Shown: positions 38,320 to 51,432 of the stretch, one piece after another
Layout of the letters: every line of letters begins with the position of its first letter
Numbering within the stretch: position 1 is the first letter of the stretch
Assembly: GCF_006345805.1 (NCBI RefSeq)
Contig: NC_043020.1
Location: 22,010,001 to 22,074,000 of the forward strand
Reading direction: 5' to 3'
DNA length: 64,000 nucleotides
Source: Octopus sinensis
Taxonomy: Eukaryota
The notes under the pieces: model-generated
Told to the model about the DNA's origin: nothing
Seen by the model: the letters and a program-made list of their open reading frames with translations, nothing else
The model's database searches: none
Translations under genes and position numbers: made by a program

Positions 38320-38720
38320 GGCGGCGAGCTGGCAGAAACGTTAGCACACCAGGCGTGATGCTTAGCGGTATTTCCTCTGCCGTTACGTTCTGAGTTCAAA
38401 TTCCGCCAAGGTCGACTTCGCCTTTCATCCTTTCGGGGTCGATAAATTAAGTACCAGTTACGCACTGGGGTCGATATAATCGACTTAATCCGTTTGTCTG
38501 TCCTTGTTTGTCCTCTCTGTGTTTAGCCCCTTGTGGGTAGTAAAGAAATAGGTATTTCGTCTGTCTTTACGTTCTGAGTTCAAATTGCGCCGAGGTCGAC
38601 TTTGCCTTTCGTCCTTTTGGGGTCCATAAATTAAGTACCAGTTGCGTACTGGGGTCGACCTAATTGGCTGGCCCACTCCCCCAAAATATCGGGCCTTGTG
38701 CCTCGAGTAAAATAAGAATA
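38320..38720 (+). mobile_element. tRNA-derived SINE dimer (Tx1-tailed SINE nested in a sister SINE)
   Basis: GGCGGCGAGCTGGCAGAAACGTTAGC head, GTTCAAATTCC B box, junction at 38550/38551; whole unit flanked by a 17-bp direct repeat GAATAGGGCTG(G/A)TTACT (38300-38316, 38716-38732). Confidence 0.88.
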
Positions 38721-39125
38721 GGGCTGATTACTCGATTCCCATGATGTGCAAGTGACCAAGATGACAGCATTTCCCCCTGAACGAAACGCCAGTCTGTCGC
38801 AGCTTCAATAATCTACAGCGGATTGGAACAGTGTGAACCGAAGCGCTTTGTTCAAGAACCCAATGCACCGCCCGGCCAGGCAATCGAAATCACGATCTTA
38901 CGATCACGTGAGCACTAGGCCACGATCTTACGATCACCTAACCACTAGGCCACGGTCGGCTGACGATTACTTCACAGAATCTCCCATGCGGCCGAATGGA
39001 TTGACCATTGATAAAGCCATAACCGCACTAAGTGTATCTAGAAACTACATAAGTTAGTGGTGATACAAGCAGCAGCAGTAGTAGTAGTAGTAGTAGCAGC
39101 AGCTGCAGCAGCAGCAGCAGCAGCG

Positions 39126-39166
<41 letters not shown>

Positions 39167-39789
39167 TAGAGCAATCTAATTGTTACTTGACCATAGTCTA
39201 GTCTCGATCCAGCAGACCCATGATCAAAGATGTTCTAACCGTGACTATTCCGTCTTTTTTTTTTTTCTCTCTCTTTTGACATTTTATCAAGGTCCAGAAA
39301 TGCATTATACAATGCATTCTTCTTATTTTAAAGATATGACCCGATTTTGAAGGTTATTTGGCTGCTATTTCTAACCAATCGAATATACACATAGAGGCTC
39401 CTTTAGGTTTAGAGTTACTACAGTGTTATCACGTGATTTATTTGTTTACTTTAGTCACGTGACACCCCGGTGCCCTGAGTAATGTGAGAATTGTCTGTAC
39501 ACACACACACACACACACAAGATTATGTGAAAGCTGGGGGGCTGTTTTGGGGTGAAATCTCTCAAACACTAACCAGTTCCATTATATTACATATGACCAA
39601 AGACATTGCGATACACGTGTGCTTTGGCAATTGCACCAAATATAAAAATTTAATTCAACAACAGAGATATGTGTTAAAAACTTAACGTTCTTTCGTTTTA
39701 TGATCATAAAGTAATTGTTGGAATATTGACTCTATTCGGCAATCTCTGGCTGGATCAGTTCCGTGATCGCTTGACTTGCTAGAAATATC

Positions 39790-40257
39790 GGCACAGTCAT
39801 GCCTTTGGTTGTCAGAAGTGAAAGTAGTCAACTTCGTGTATTTCCGTCAGGTTTATACCTTCGTTAATTTACGCCGTTTATTTACGTACCACCACGCTGT
39901 TAGGTTTATAAAACAATTGAAGTTCAGTTTAAAGTTTATAAATAAATACATTTCATTCCATGTTCTGTTTAAACTTTATAAATAAATATATTCTATTCAT
40001 TATTGTTTTTAAAAAAGAAATCACACCAAATCTGCACAAATGACCACCACCACCGCGATCACATACACCAATCATACACACGTGTGTGTGTGTGTATATG
40101 TCTGACTAATGTGTGTGTGTGTCTGTATTTATTGTATGTGTGTATAAGTAGTTATATGCTTATATTATCCATTATAGTAATATTTTTCTGTTGAAATCCG
40201 TTTTAAGGCGGTCAATAGTTTAATTAAAGATGTGTCTATACATGTGTGTATATATAT

Positions 40258-40324
<67 letters not shown>

Positions 40325-41788
40325 GTGTATACATATATATATATACACATGTGTATACACATATATATATATATATATATACATGTGTATATATATATAT
40401 ACATGTGTATACATATATATATATACACATGTGTATACATTACACATGAAATGTATCTCTTATTATAAAAGGCAGATTTTATCTGCCTCCCTTTGGGAGT
40501 TATACAAATCTACAATATAGGATTTCTTCAATTACAATTTACCTAGCATTTTTGAGAATACAATGCATCGCGTCATGCCAGGTCCAGTTTTTAAAATTTA
40601 AACTCCAATTAAGCAAAATTTACAGAAAACTCACATTCTGGTGTGTGTGTCAAATGCTTTTCTTAGTCTGGTTTACACCACACGCAAACGCACACACACA
40701 GTGTGCGACGAATAAAATGAAAGTAAATGTAATATTTGTTTCTGTCTATCACGCTGATAGATACATGAGTAAAATGTATGGGAAGCTAACAGATAACAGT
40801 GAGTGAAAATGTTCTTGGAAGAGAGTAAATTAGCGACAGAGTGATTTGAGCAAGACTAAACTGAAAGTATGAAACAGTGTTTATGTATAAACAGACGACA
40901 CTTATATAAACCCTTTCGTTACCAAACCGCCCGAATTTACCTATTCATATTTAAATGAGAATATCAGAGTAAATCTCTTTAGTACATTCGTGAAAACACG
41001 TATTATACTTCGTAAACACTTCAAATACAGTTTTGTACAAAAATCGAAGTGTAATTTTAATTCCGTGAATTATAAGAGATTTTTTTCCGAAATTTGTTCC
41101 TATTGTGTTTTCAAAATTTGTAATTCTGACAAAAAATGGATACGAATTTCATTATATCAAGCAGCGAGTCAGAATTCGAAGGATTTTCTACTGAAGACCT
41201 TCATAAATCTAACTCTATGACTGAAAAAAAATAAGCATCTTTATATAAGAGTGAAGTTGTGTGTCTGTCCCCTTCGATTTAGATTCGTAACTACTCCCAC
41301 ATTTTGCCGTGCAGTTTAACCAAAAGCGGGTATCTTATAGTCGTGATTCATATCGAGCCCTTCTGGGTATTAGCGCGCGTCTACGATGAGTCTACGATTT
41401 AAAAAAAATTTACCATCATATTTTTCCATTTTAATGCATTTTTTCGCTTTTATATAAGGGAAGTAACTCTCTAAAAATATCTACGATGTGTCAACGATTT
41501 AAAAAAAATTTACCTTAATTTTTTTTCAATTTTTAATGCATTTTTTTTGCTATTTTTTGGCTATAACTCTCTAAAAATGCTTATATAGTTATTTCCCTTA
41601 CAACCCGAGCAACGCCGGGCGATACTGCTAGTCTATTTATAAACTTTAAACTGAACTTCAATTGTTTTATAAACCTAACAGCGTGGTGGTACGTAAATAA
41701 ACGGCGTAAATTAACGAAGGTATAAACCTGACGGAAATACACGAAGTTGACTACTTTCACTTCTGACAACCAAAGGCATGACTGTGCC
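39790..41788. mobile_element. Merlin-type MITE with near-perfect TIRs of about 165 bp; a Helitron is inserted in the right TIR
   Basis: GGCACAGTCATGCCTTTGGTTGTCAGAAG... inverted at 41634-41788; 8-bp TSD GAAATATC/GAAATATT. Confidence 0.9.
40456..41631 (+). mobile_element. Non-autonomous composite Helitron
   Basis: A|TC start, 3' hairpin CCCG.GC..GCCGGG plus CTAG|T; second internal 5'-type start near 41238; shares modules with 49895-51401. Confidence 0.88.
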
Positions 41789-42230
41789 GAAATATTACCC
41801 TAATTTCCCTCAAATCATTCACATTTCTAAAATACACAAGGTCACGTCGTGTGACATGGTCACGTTTGGAATGGTCAACCAAGAATGACACAAAGCAGAG
41901 GAACTATGGTGTAACCCACTATGGTGTGGTAAACTTTCAGACCCTAGTCTAGATTGCGAATCCTCCGTACCCCAAGATGGTTCAGCTCTCCACCCGTTAA
42001 AAGCCACTATTTACGGAATGAGGATAACAACATAGCTTTCGCGCCCGTGCAACCGCGAGTTTATCGCGTGTGGTGGGTGGATCTTCAAGTTGCTGCACGC
42101 ATTCTTAGTAGATTAGAGTAGGCTCGAATTAGAGATTATTCTTTGTGGCTAATGGCGTGAGTCCTGATTGAAGAAGAAGAAGAAGAAGAAGAAGAAGAAG
42201 AAGAAGAAGAAGAAGAAGAAGAAGAAGAAG

Positions 42231-42261
<31 letters not shown>

Positions 42262-42364
42262 GCTTTATACGCACTTTTGACAAATTGTGGTGCACCTGAG
42301 CACTGTATACAATAATTTCATCATCATCATCATCATCATTATTATTATTATTATTATTATTATT

Positions 42365-43508
42365 GCTTCTTGAACGAACGGACGTGTCTCCGAAGGCTCC
42401 GTAAATTTTGAACCAGTTTTATTGGAAATTTGTCTAAAAGTATACATATTTTTCGATATTTGAGTGGCCAAGCCAACTAACTTCTTGTGGAGCTAGTTGG
42501 TTAGGCAAAATTTTACCCCATTAGGGATAAAATTGCAGTTTGAACTTTAAAATTTTTGCAAACACACATTTATTTTAACAAACATGTCTTTGAAGAGAGC
42601 AGTTAGCTGTTCCCTTCTTCAAACACCACACCCTGCGCAAACACACACCGTTTCGAAAACGGCTCCAAACCGCTCATTTCGCACCTTAAAAGGCAACAAA
42701 GAATTTTCGAAAGAACGTGTCGGCACGTGCAGCGTCACTTTTGACGTCATTGAAGATTTCCCTGCTCTTCCCTCCACCAAGGCTCCAGTACCGGAGAAGG
42801 AGAAAAGAAAAGTAATAAACAGCATCAACATCGACTCCACCACCAGCAACAACACAAGTGAAAACCATCGTAACGGTTTCGTCTCCGCTGCTAAGCAGAT
42901 CTCGAAGGAAATAAAAGTTACGACGGAAGAAATCAAAACTGCTAAAAGTTTATTGAGGAAACAAGGTAACAGCATATTCCTGAATACACCACAAGAACTG
43001 ATACAAGAAACAAAGAGAAAGACAATAATCTACAAAATTTTCGAAAGAAAATACAGAAAAATAAGTAACCCAACACCACAACAACTGGAAATAGCTCTGA
43101 AACCCATTTGGGGTCAAAAGAGCTATGTCACGAAAGGGAAGCGGTCGGCGAATAACAAAAATCAAAACTGACCAGGTGCCGCCCGAGCGGGGTATATCTT
43201 GGTTGGTGGCAGCTGTCCTCTATGACATAGAGGACACTGCCACTATTCTGGATGTACGCAGGTTGCGGGAGAAGAACTGGTCAGGTATGGGAGTACAGCA
43301 GGAAAAATATAAATTCCATACCTGATTCCATAAATTTGCCGGACGGCACCAGATTGCACCAGATTGCACGTTGCTGTAGGGGGGCGAAGGCCAAAGTGCT
43401 ACCTCTGCAGCAGCGAAAACCATCTGAAGAAAGACTGCCCCATTTACAAGCAAAGAATGGAGGTAGAAAAAAAGAAGCAGCAGCAGCAACAACAACAACA
43501 ACAACAGC

Positions 43509-43540
<32 letters not shown>

Positions 43541-46500
43541 AAACAACAACACCGTGAAACACCAAAAGTTGCCACACCACCAACACCATCGCCACCACCA
43601 CGAAGAGCGACACCACCTCCAGCCACCACCAAACCAACGCCAACACCAAGAAGGACCACCCAGAAAGAAGCACCAACACCGTCACCGACACCCACAATTG
43701 CAGCAACAGCATCGTTTCCTACAAATATTACTGATTTTCGACAAACTGTGGAAACGGACCCGACAAATGTCCCCTTTCCCGATCAGGTCAGCTCGGATTG
43801 TGCGAGCACTGATAGCGAGAAAGGGGAGTGGCACACGGTACCACCGAAAAAAAAAACAAAAACAAAAAGACACACATAACACACAGGGGAAGCACGAACA
43901 AATAGAGCTTTCCAAAATCAACAACATGCACTCACAACAACAAACAACACTTTCGTCACCATTACTGCCACACATACCAACGCACAAAGACACCGTTACA
44001 GCTATAAACACAAAAAATGAACAACTTGTCACACACCTGAAACAAAACACAGACACTAAAATTACTGATTTCGTTATACCAACGCACAACGCACTACCAG
44101 CACACATTCTTACCATAAAAATAAACGAAGCAAAATATAACGAAATCAAGGAGAAATTCCCTAACGATGTCGGGTCGCTAGGGAGAAATTTCTCAAAAAA
44201 ACTCTATAAAAACCTGGTGGAAACACCCGTGCAAAAGCACAAGGGAGCCACCCCACCAAACAATAACAGTAAGTAGAGCCTTTTCTCCTTCTGAACCTTT
44301 AAAACATGGCAAAACTCAGAATAGGTTGCTTAAATGTGAGAGGCCTCGGGTCACCTTGGAAACAGGGCCACCTGTTAAACGACCTGAGGTCTCATAGCGT
44401 GGATGTAGCAGCTATTAGTGAAACCAGGCTCTCCGACCCGCAGGAACTCGCGGCCCTTTTCGGCGGATACGAGATTTTTCTATCTCCGTGTCGGCCGGGA
44501 GCGGGCGGTGGTGGTACTGCGGTGTTGTCTCGGAAGGACCTGGATTTGAAAATAAGGACAGTCTTCTTGAATCCAGAAGGTAAGTTGGTGGTCCTCGACG
44601 TAGACGGTAGTGATGGCGGTGCTTTCAGACTGCTGGCTACCTACGCTCCGACAGGAGCAGGGCAGTCCGATTATTTCGAGCGTCTGGAAGTTTTCTTAGG
44701 AACGTCACGCACTCTAGTGCTAGTTGGAGATTGGAACGCTGTCTTAGACGAACTTTTCGATCGGGTGGGTACGGGAGCATCTGATAGGAGAAGGGGTGTA
44801 AGGGCCTCGCCAACCTGCTCAGGCGCTTTCAGCTGTCCGGCAGGTTTCGACTAGACAACCCGAATGTGCCAATGTGGACTTGGACTAACCGCATCGGGTC
44901 GTCTAGATCGTATTTAGATAGAGTCTTCTGTAGGCCAGCGGATAAGGACAGCATAGGGTCTCCACATTTCCACCTAGTCGACTACACGGACCACAAGTTC
45001 GTGATCTGTACGGTCGACTTAGATAGGCTGCATAAACAGGGACTCGGCTGCTGGAAGCTGAACGCGTTGTTAACGGTGTGCAAAGCCTACAGAGACCGGA
45101 TTAGTTTATTAGAAAACTAAACGAGACTATTGAGACAGGCATCGCAACCGACTTGTTGGCGGCTAGGTTGGCCCTCGACCAACACTTTGACGCCAAACAC
45201 GAAGGCTGCGTTGTCAGAGCTAAGGCGCGTTCGCTAAGCGGGGAGGGGACTAAGGCCGCTCGGTGGATCCGCGTGGCGGAGGCGAAGCGTGGCAACAAAG
45301 CGACCATTCGGTCTTTGGTGGACCAGAACGGACGCGAGGTTTCCGAACCGAAGCAGATGTGTGCGGTGTTTCAGCGGCACTTTGCTCGACTGTGAGACGG
45401 ACAACGGTACAGACTTCGGTGTGTACCTGGACGGCCTACCGCAACTCTCGGACAGCGAGGCGGAGTGCTGCGAAAGGCTGATATCTGCCTGGGAAGTGGA
45501 AGAAGCGATGAAAAGCTGCACGAGAGGTAGATCGCCGGGTTTGGATGGTCTGCCCTACGAGCTTTACATTTCAATGCCAGACTTGTTTGCGGGCCTCTTG
45601 GCAAACGTCTACTGCAACTGGCAGCAAAACGGGAAAATTCCTGCTTTTGTTTATCGAGGAGTGGTGGCTTTGCTGAGAAAGGACCCAAACAAGGGGGACG
45701 TTATAGGGAACTTTCGGCCCATCTCTCTGCTCAATGCAGAGTTGAAGATTTTGGCCAAGGTGCTTGTCGTGGACAAGCTGGTTGGCAAGACGCAGACATG
45801 CGCCGTGCCGACCAGGTCGATACACGACAATCTCCATCTCATGCGCTACATCATAGAGAGGGTGGGTAACGACGCTGGCGCAGGTGGGGCTTTGATCAAT
45901 TTAGATCAGAGCCTTCGATAGGGTCAACCATTGGTACCTGGCAGCTGTTCTCAAGGCAGCTGGCTTCGGTCCAGTCTTCCGCGGGTGGATCGCTGCTTTA
46001 TACAGCAACATCTGCTCGGTGATACGGGTGAACGGTCACCTTTCGGAACCGTTTGACATCTCGCGTTCGGTCCGCCAAGGATGCCCTCTCTCCTCCCTAT
46101 TGTACGTATTGACTCTCGAGCCATTACTACGCAAGTTGGAGGCTTTGAGGGGTATCCCGCGCGATCTAGGAGATGGAAACAGCGTGTCTGCCTACGTCGA
46201 CGACGTGTCGAGCCACAGGCACATTGACCTGATTGGCGAGACGCTAAACGAGTACGAAGCGATGACAGGGGCAAAGATTAACGCAGAAAAGTCTGTGGGC
46301 TTGCAACTGGGCACCTGGAGAGGCAAGCCCATGCCGTCCAACAGCGTCGTAGGGCGCTGGACAGACGGACACGTTAAACTGCTCGGGGTCTGGTTCGGTC
46401 CGGACCTCCAGGTAGATAAAAACTGGGAAGAGGTGATGAGCAGGGTGGCACGTCTCACCCAGAAATGGGCCGAGAGGAAGCTGTCCCTGAATGCTCAAGC

Positions 46501-47822
46501 GGAGGTGGCGAATGCGTACATCGCATCCGTCATCTATTACCGCTTGACCGTCGTCCCTTGTCCCAACCGCTGGTTGACCAAGCTGGTACGCCTGCTCTTC
46601 GACTTTTTGTGGAAGGGTCAGGTGCCACTGGTCAGGCGATCCATCTGCTGTCAACAACAACTGAATGGAGGCCTTGGCATGCCGTGGTTACTGATGCGCA
46701 GACATGCGCTCAGGCTACGGCATCTCAAGCGTTTCCTAGACGGTGAACAGGTGTGGTCGTCTTTTGTCAGACGCGACTTTCCGCAGCTCGTCTCTTTGAC
46801 AGAGCTGCAGACCTGGATCAAACGTAGACCGAAAAAGGGCGCTTGGCACCTCGAGTGCCGTCAAGCTCTCTCCGCCCTCCGCCAGGCGGGCAATGCGATC
46901 GGTTTTAGTTCTACTCTAGCGTTCTATAGAGGGTTAATGGATGAAAAATGCGACGACGTTCTCGGGGAAACTCTAGGCGTTGATGATAACGAACTGAGCG
47001 GTCTGTTTGGAAGAACTTTCGGGCCGGGGCCAATGGATAATTTCCAAAGGTCTCTCGCCTGGCAGTGCTACCGAGGAGCGCTGCATGTTCGAGATAAACT
47101 CTACCGGCACGGAAGTGCCGTCAGCCGGGCCTGCCCGAGATGTTGCCAGGACGACGAAACCGTTCTGCATGCACTCGTCCAGTGCCCGAGTATTGCTGAA
47201 CTATGGGTTTATGTCGAACAGCTACTGTCACGTGTAGGACGGATCCGGCTATCGGCCGAATCCATACTGAAGATTGCCCCACCGACCTCCTTTAACAAGG
47301 AGGGCGAGGCCGTTTTCTCGTGCCTAGTGGCTGTGGCGAAAGAGGTGGTATGGTGGACCCGTTTGAAAGGGCTAAAGTCAGATACTTTCCTCTTTGGTCA
47401 AGGCCTCATCAACTTTTTCAAGTTTCACTTGAAAAGGAAGATGAGGTTAGAGAGGAGAGTGCTGTCCGATAGCAAGTTTTCTGAAAGGTGGGTGAATTGT
47501 GCGAGAATGGTCTGTATAAATGGACCAGTTCTCAGGTTTCGCCTGTGATTCAAAAAGGTATTATAAAAGGAGAAAAAAGGGACTCTCTACCCCCCTTTTT
47601 GACCAGGCTCCCGTTGGCTTTTATGGGTTTTTTTCCACCAGGAACCTTTCGAAGCGCCTCCCCCTATTGGGAGTTTTTAATTGTTACAATCTTTCGTTGT
47701 TGAACTGTTTTTACTCGGATTTTTTCAAAAACGGACAAAACCCTTTGTAACCTTTCGTCCTGTTTTGTCCCTTTATGTTTAACAATCATGTGTGTCAGCC
47801 CTTGTGGCCAATAAAAAAGAAT
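42365..47822 (+). mobile_element. Tx1-like non-LTR retrotransposon, full length, degenerate
   Basis: ORF1 pieces 42584-44276 with CCHC knuckle CYLCSSENHLKKDC; ORF2 44306-47548 with endonuclease (CLNVRGL, ISETRL, YAP, GDWN, SYLDR, TDH), RT (PGLDGLPYE, RQGCPLS, YVDD, GGLG) and CPRC..ETVLHALVQC; 3' end CAGCCCTTGTGGCCAATAAAAAAG; (ATT)n on both flanks. Confidence 0.95.
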
Positions 47823-49827
47823 TAATTATTATTATTATTATTGGAATATCAATAAAGAACAAAGAAGAAGAAGAAGAAGAAGAAGAAGAAGAAGAAGAAG
47901 AAGAAGAAGAAGAAGAAGAAGAAGAAGAAGAAGAAGAGAAGAAGAAGAAGAAGAAGAAGAAGAAGAAGAAGAAGAAGAAGAAGAAGAAGAAGAAGACAGC
48001 AACAAAAATAGCCACCACCACCTCCACTATAACGACGACCAGGAACAACGCAGTTTCATAACAAATGTCACGGCGCCTTTCTTGAACGTCATCAACTCCT
48101 CCTTACCCTCACTGACGCATGCTCAGTAACTGCACTGTTGTTAATTGACTTTTCTTCTCTTCCAGTCATTGCATCAATGGCTTTGATCCGTGTTCTAAAC
48201 ACAGCTCTGCTGTCTTTGCAACAAACCCTGAGAAATGGCCCTCATCTGCAACACAGCGGGGCTTGCAGGCTTCTATCGTCTTCAATGCGTATCCTTTTCA
48301 TTTTGATTTTGTTTTTTTATCTGATGGTTTAGTTTTTATTTTGTTTACATTCTTTCTTGTTTCGTGTCAGTCTGTCTCACCTCTCACTCGCATGTTGCAT
48401 GTATATATTATATAAATATCTACATCTTTGTGTGTATAATGTATATTTACATCAACTATAGAACTAAAACAACACAAACACATGTGTGTATATGTTATAT
48501 AAATATGATATAATATACATCTTCAGTGTTTATATAATTTAATTTTGTACCATCTATAGAATTACACTCACATCAGTGTATATGTGTGCATGTACACGTG
48601 TATATTATATGCGTATGTTACATTTGTTATGAATTAATCGACAGTGACTTCGAGGTTTCACTGGATATGTGATTTTTTTTTATATATTCATACTGACAGT
48701 TTAAATTAACCACAGAGCCAGCAATACTTCGAAGTCACTGTCGATTGCATTATAAAAATTAATACCAGGCTTAATGCCGTAACACATGGAGTATTGAGTC
48801 CTTTGTTAAAAGTTCTTCGTTTTTTGTGTGCTTATTTAAACACTTGGTCAGCCTGTATTATGTACTGACACACACGCACCCATAGTATTTAGTATAGAAC
48901 TCTGTGAAGGGCTGAACCGCAGAAGGTCTTCACAGAAGCCCCCCCCCTTTTTTTTTTGCAAGTGTTTCGGTCCCTTAACTCCTTACACTCTAAAGGACTG
49001 CATCCAGATCACGACTTGTAGATACCCGTCCACTGCTACAGTCTGAGCTACTATCTGCAGTACAAATCCTGGATGGCCAAGGTGCCCCAGTGTGTGTGTG
49101 TGTGAGCATATAAATGCAAAACATGGGAGAAAATAGTTTTCGAATACATAAGGTAGAGTTAGGTATGGGGGTTTTATTGAAGCTGTAAAAACTTTTCAAA
49201 CTGTTCCTCTTAAGTTTCCCGTTACCAACCTTCAGATGTAGCTGTTTTTACGTTATATTTAGTGTGTGAATTGTTTACAAATTATTCTCTATGTTTATTA
49301 TGCATATATAAACAAACAGTGAATAACCGTCGAGTGTTTTGTGTACATTTTCTATTGTATAACCAGTGACACCATCAGTCTATGAGTGAGATCTTAGAAG
49401 GGCAAATGTGGTGGTGATGGCGGCGGGAAACGAAACCGAGTGAAGAGGTATTGTTTTCTCAAGGGCAGCACTTGTCCGAGTCGTAGAACTGGTTCCTTAG
49501 GCAAGTAGAGTTACCTACCTTGACAACAGACAGCCCAAACACGGACAAACATCTCCAACAACGATAATAATGATTTCAAATTTTGGCACAAGGCCAGCAA
49601 TTTAGGAGACGGGGTGGGGTAAGTCGACCCCCGAAACGATGAAAGTTAAAGTTGACCTCGGTGGAATTTGAACGCCGACAGTAAAGATGGACAAAATGTG
49701 GCTAAGCATTTCGCATTTCATTTGTTTAGTGAGAGCCCTCTGGGATGACTCAATTCTGGAGATATTTTGTCTTCTGTGAGGAGACCACAGTGGGCAGCAG
49801 TATTCAAGGTGTGGCCGTACAAATATA

Positions 49828-49871
<44 letters not shown>

Positions 49872-49894
49872 GTATATATATATATGTGTATGTA

Positions 49895-50498
49895 TCTTAT
49901 TATAAAAGGCAGATTTTATCTGCCTCCCTTTGGGAGTTATACAAATCTACAATATAGGATTTCTTCAATTACATTTACCTAGCAGTTTTAAGAGTACAAT
50001 GCATCGCGTCATGCCAGGTCAGTTTTTAAAATTTAAACTCCAATTAAGCAAAATTTACAGAAAACTCACATTCTGGTGGTGTGTGTCAAATGCTTTTCTT
50101 AGTCTGGTTTACACCACACGCAAACGCACACACACAGTGGGCAAGGAATAAAATGAAAGTAATTCACTTACTGTAGTGAGTGATTCTTTCACTCTGCTTC
50201 CCACTTCCTATTTACACACATTGAAAAAACTTTTATTTTTTTACATAAGTAATGAGAGCGAAAGAGACTAAGAGAAAGCGATTGTATGACGAGGGAAGTT
50301 CCTTTCAAGTTACCGTGCATGGGACTCATTGATGTACATGTGTGTGTGTGTGTTTGATGGAGTGTGGGAGACAGACAGTATGTTGTGTAAGTGAAGTGCT
50401 TCTGTTAGTGTGTGTGAAGAGACAGAGAGAGTAATGTGTGAAAGAGAGAGATAACTGAAATTTTTACTCGGTTTATGTGTATATGTATGTATGCATGT

Positions 50499-50530
<32 letters not shown>

Positions 50531-51401
50531 GTGTGTGTGTATGTGTGTGTGTGTATGTATTTATATATATAAAAGAAAGGTTGTGTGTCTGTCTACTCCG
50601 ATTTATTCCTAACTACTCCCACATTTTGCGATGCAGTTTAACCAAAACCGGGTATCTTATAGTCGTGATTCATATCGAGCCCTTCTGGGTATTAGCGCGC
50701 GCGTCTACGATGAGTCTGTGATTTTACAAATAATTTACCATCATTTTTTTCCATTTTAATGCATATTTTAAAAAAAAACGGAAGTAACTCTCAAACTTCA
50801 CACCAATATGCGTGCTCATATGCGACGTAATATCACATCACCAGCATTTCCTCACACTCTCCTTGCACTTGGCGAAGGCAAAATACCAGGGGATGAAAAT
50901 GTTAATATTGCCATCGATTCCATTTGTACCATTGTTAAGACGCCTTCTGATCTCAGAGATGCAGTGTTCCAGATTTACAAGCTAATATCAGAATATGGAT
51001 TGGATTGGCAAAAAGGCTATACTGGCCCCGAGGAATAAAACTGTTCACCATATTAATGATGAAATGCTAAAACTCATTCTGGGGAAGTCGATGTATATCA
51101 GTCTATCGATACAACTCCTGACCCAGAGGACGTCATCAACTATCCAATAGAGGTACTCAATTCCTTTGAGCACCCCGGACTACCACCACACTTTCTCAAA
51201 CTTAAAGTTAGTGCCCCTATAATGCTCATCAGAAATTTGGTTCCCCCAAAACAATGCAATGGCACACGTTTGGCGTTAAGTCCTTATCTCCCACCGTAAG
51301 CTTATTTCAATATTTGCCTGAATAATCATCATAATTCAGTGCAATCATTAACAGTACTTTCAAGCAATTCAGCCCCGAGCAACGCCGGGCAATTCTGCTA
51401 G
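49895..51401 (+). mobile_element. Non-autonomous Helitron carrying a PIF1 helicase fragment
   Basis: A|TC start nearly identical to 40456; 3' hairpin CCCGAGCAACGCCGGG plus CTAG|T at 51398-51401. Confidence 0.9.
50795..51295 (+). pseudogene. Helitron RepHel PIF1-like helicase fragment
   Basis: NMRAH..LLALGEG, AILAPRN..V..IN, YPIEVLNSFEHPGLPPHFLKLKVSAPIMLIRNL..CNGTRL across frameshifts. Confidence 0.9.
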
Positions 51402-51432
<31 letters not shown>

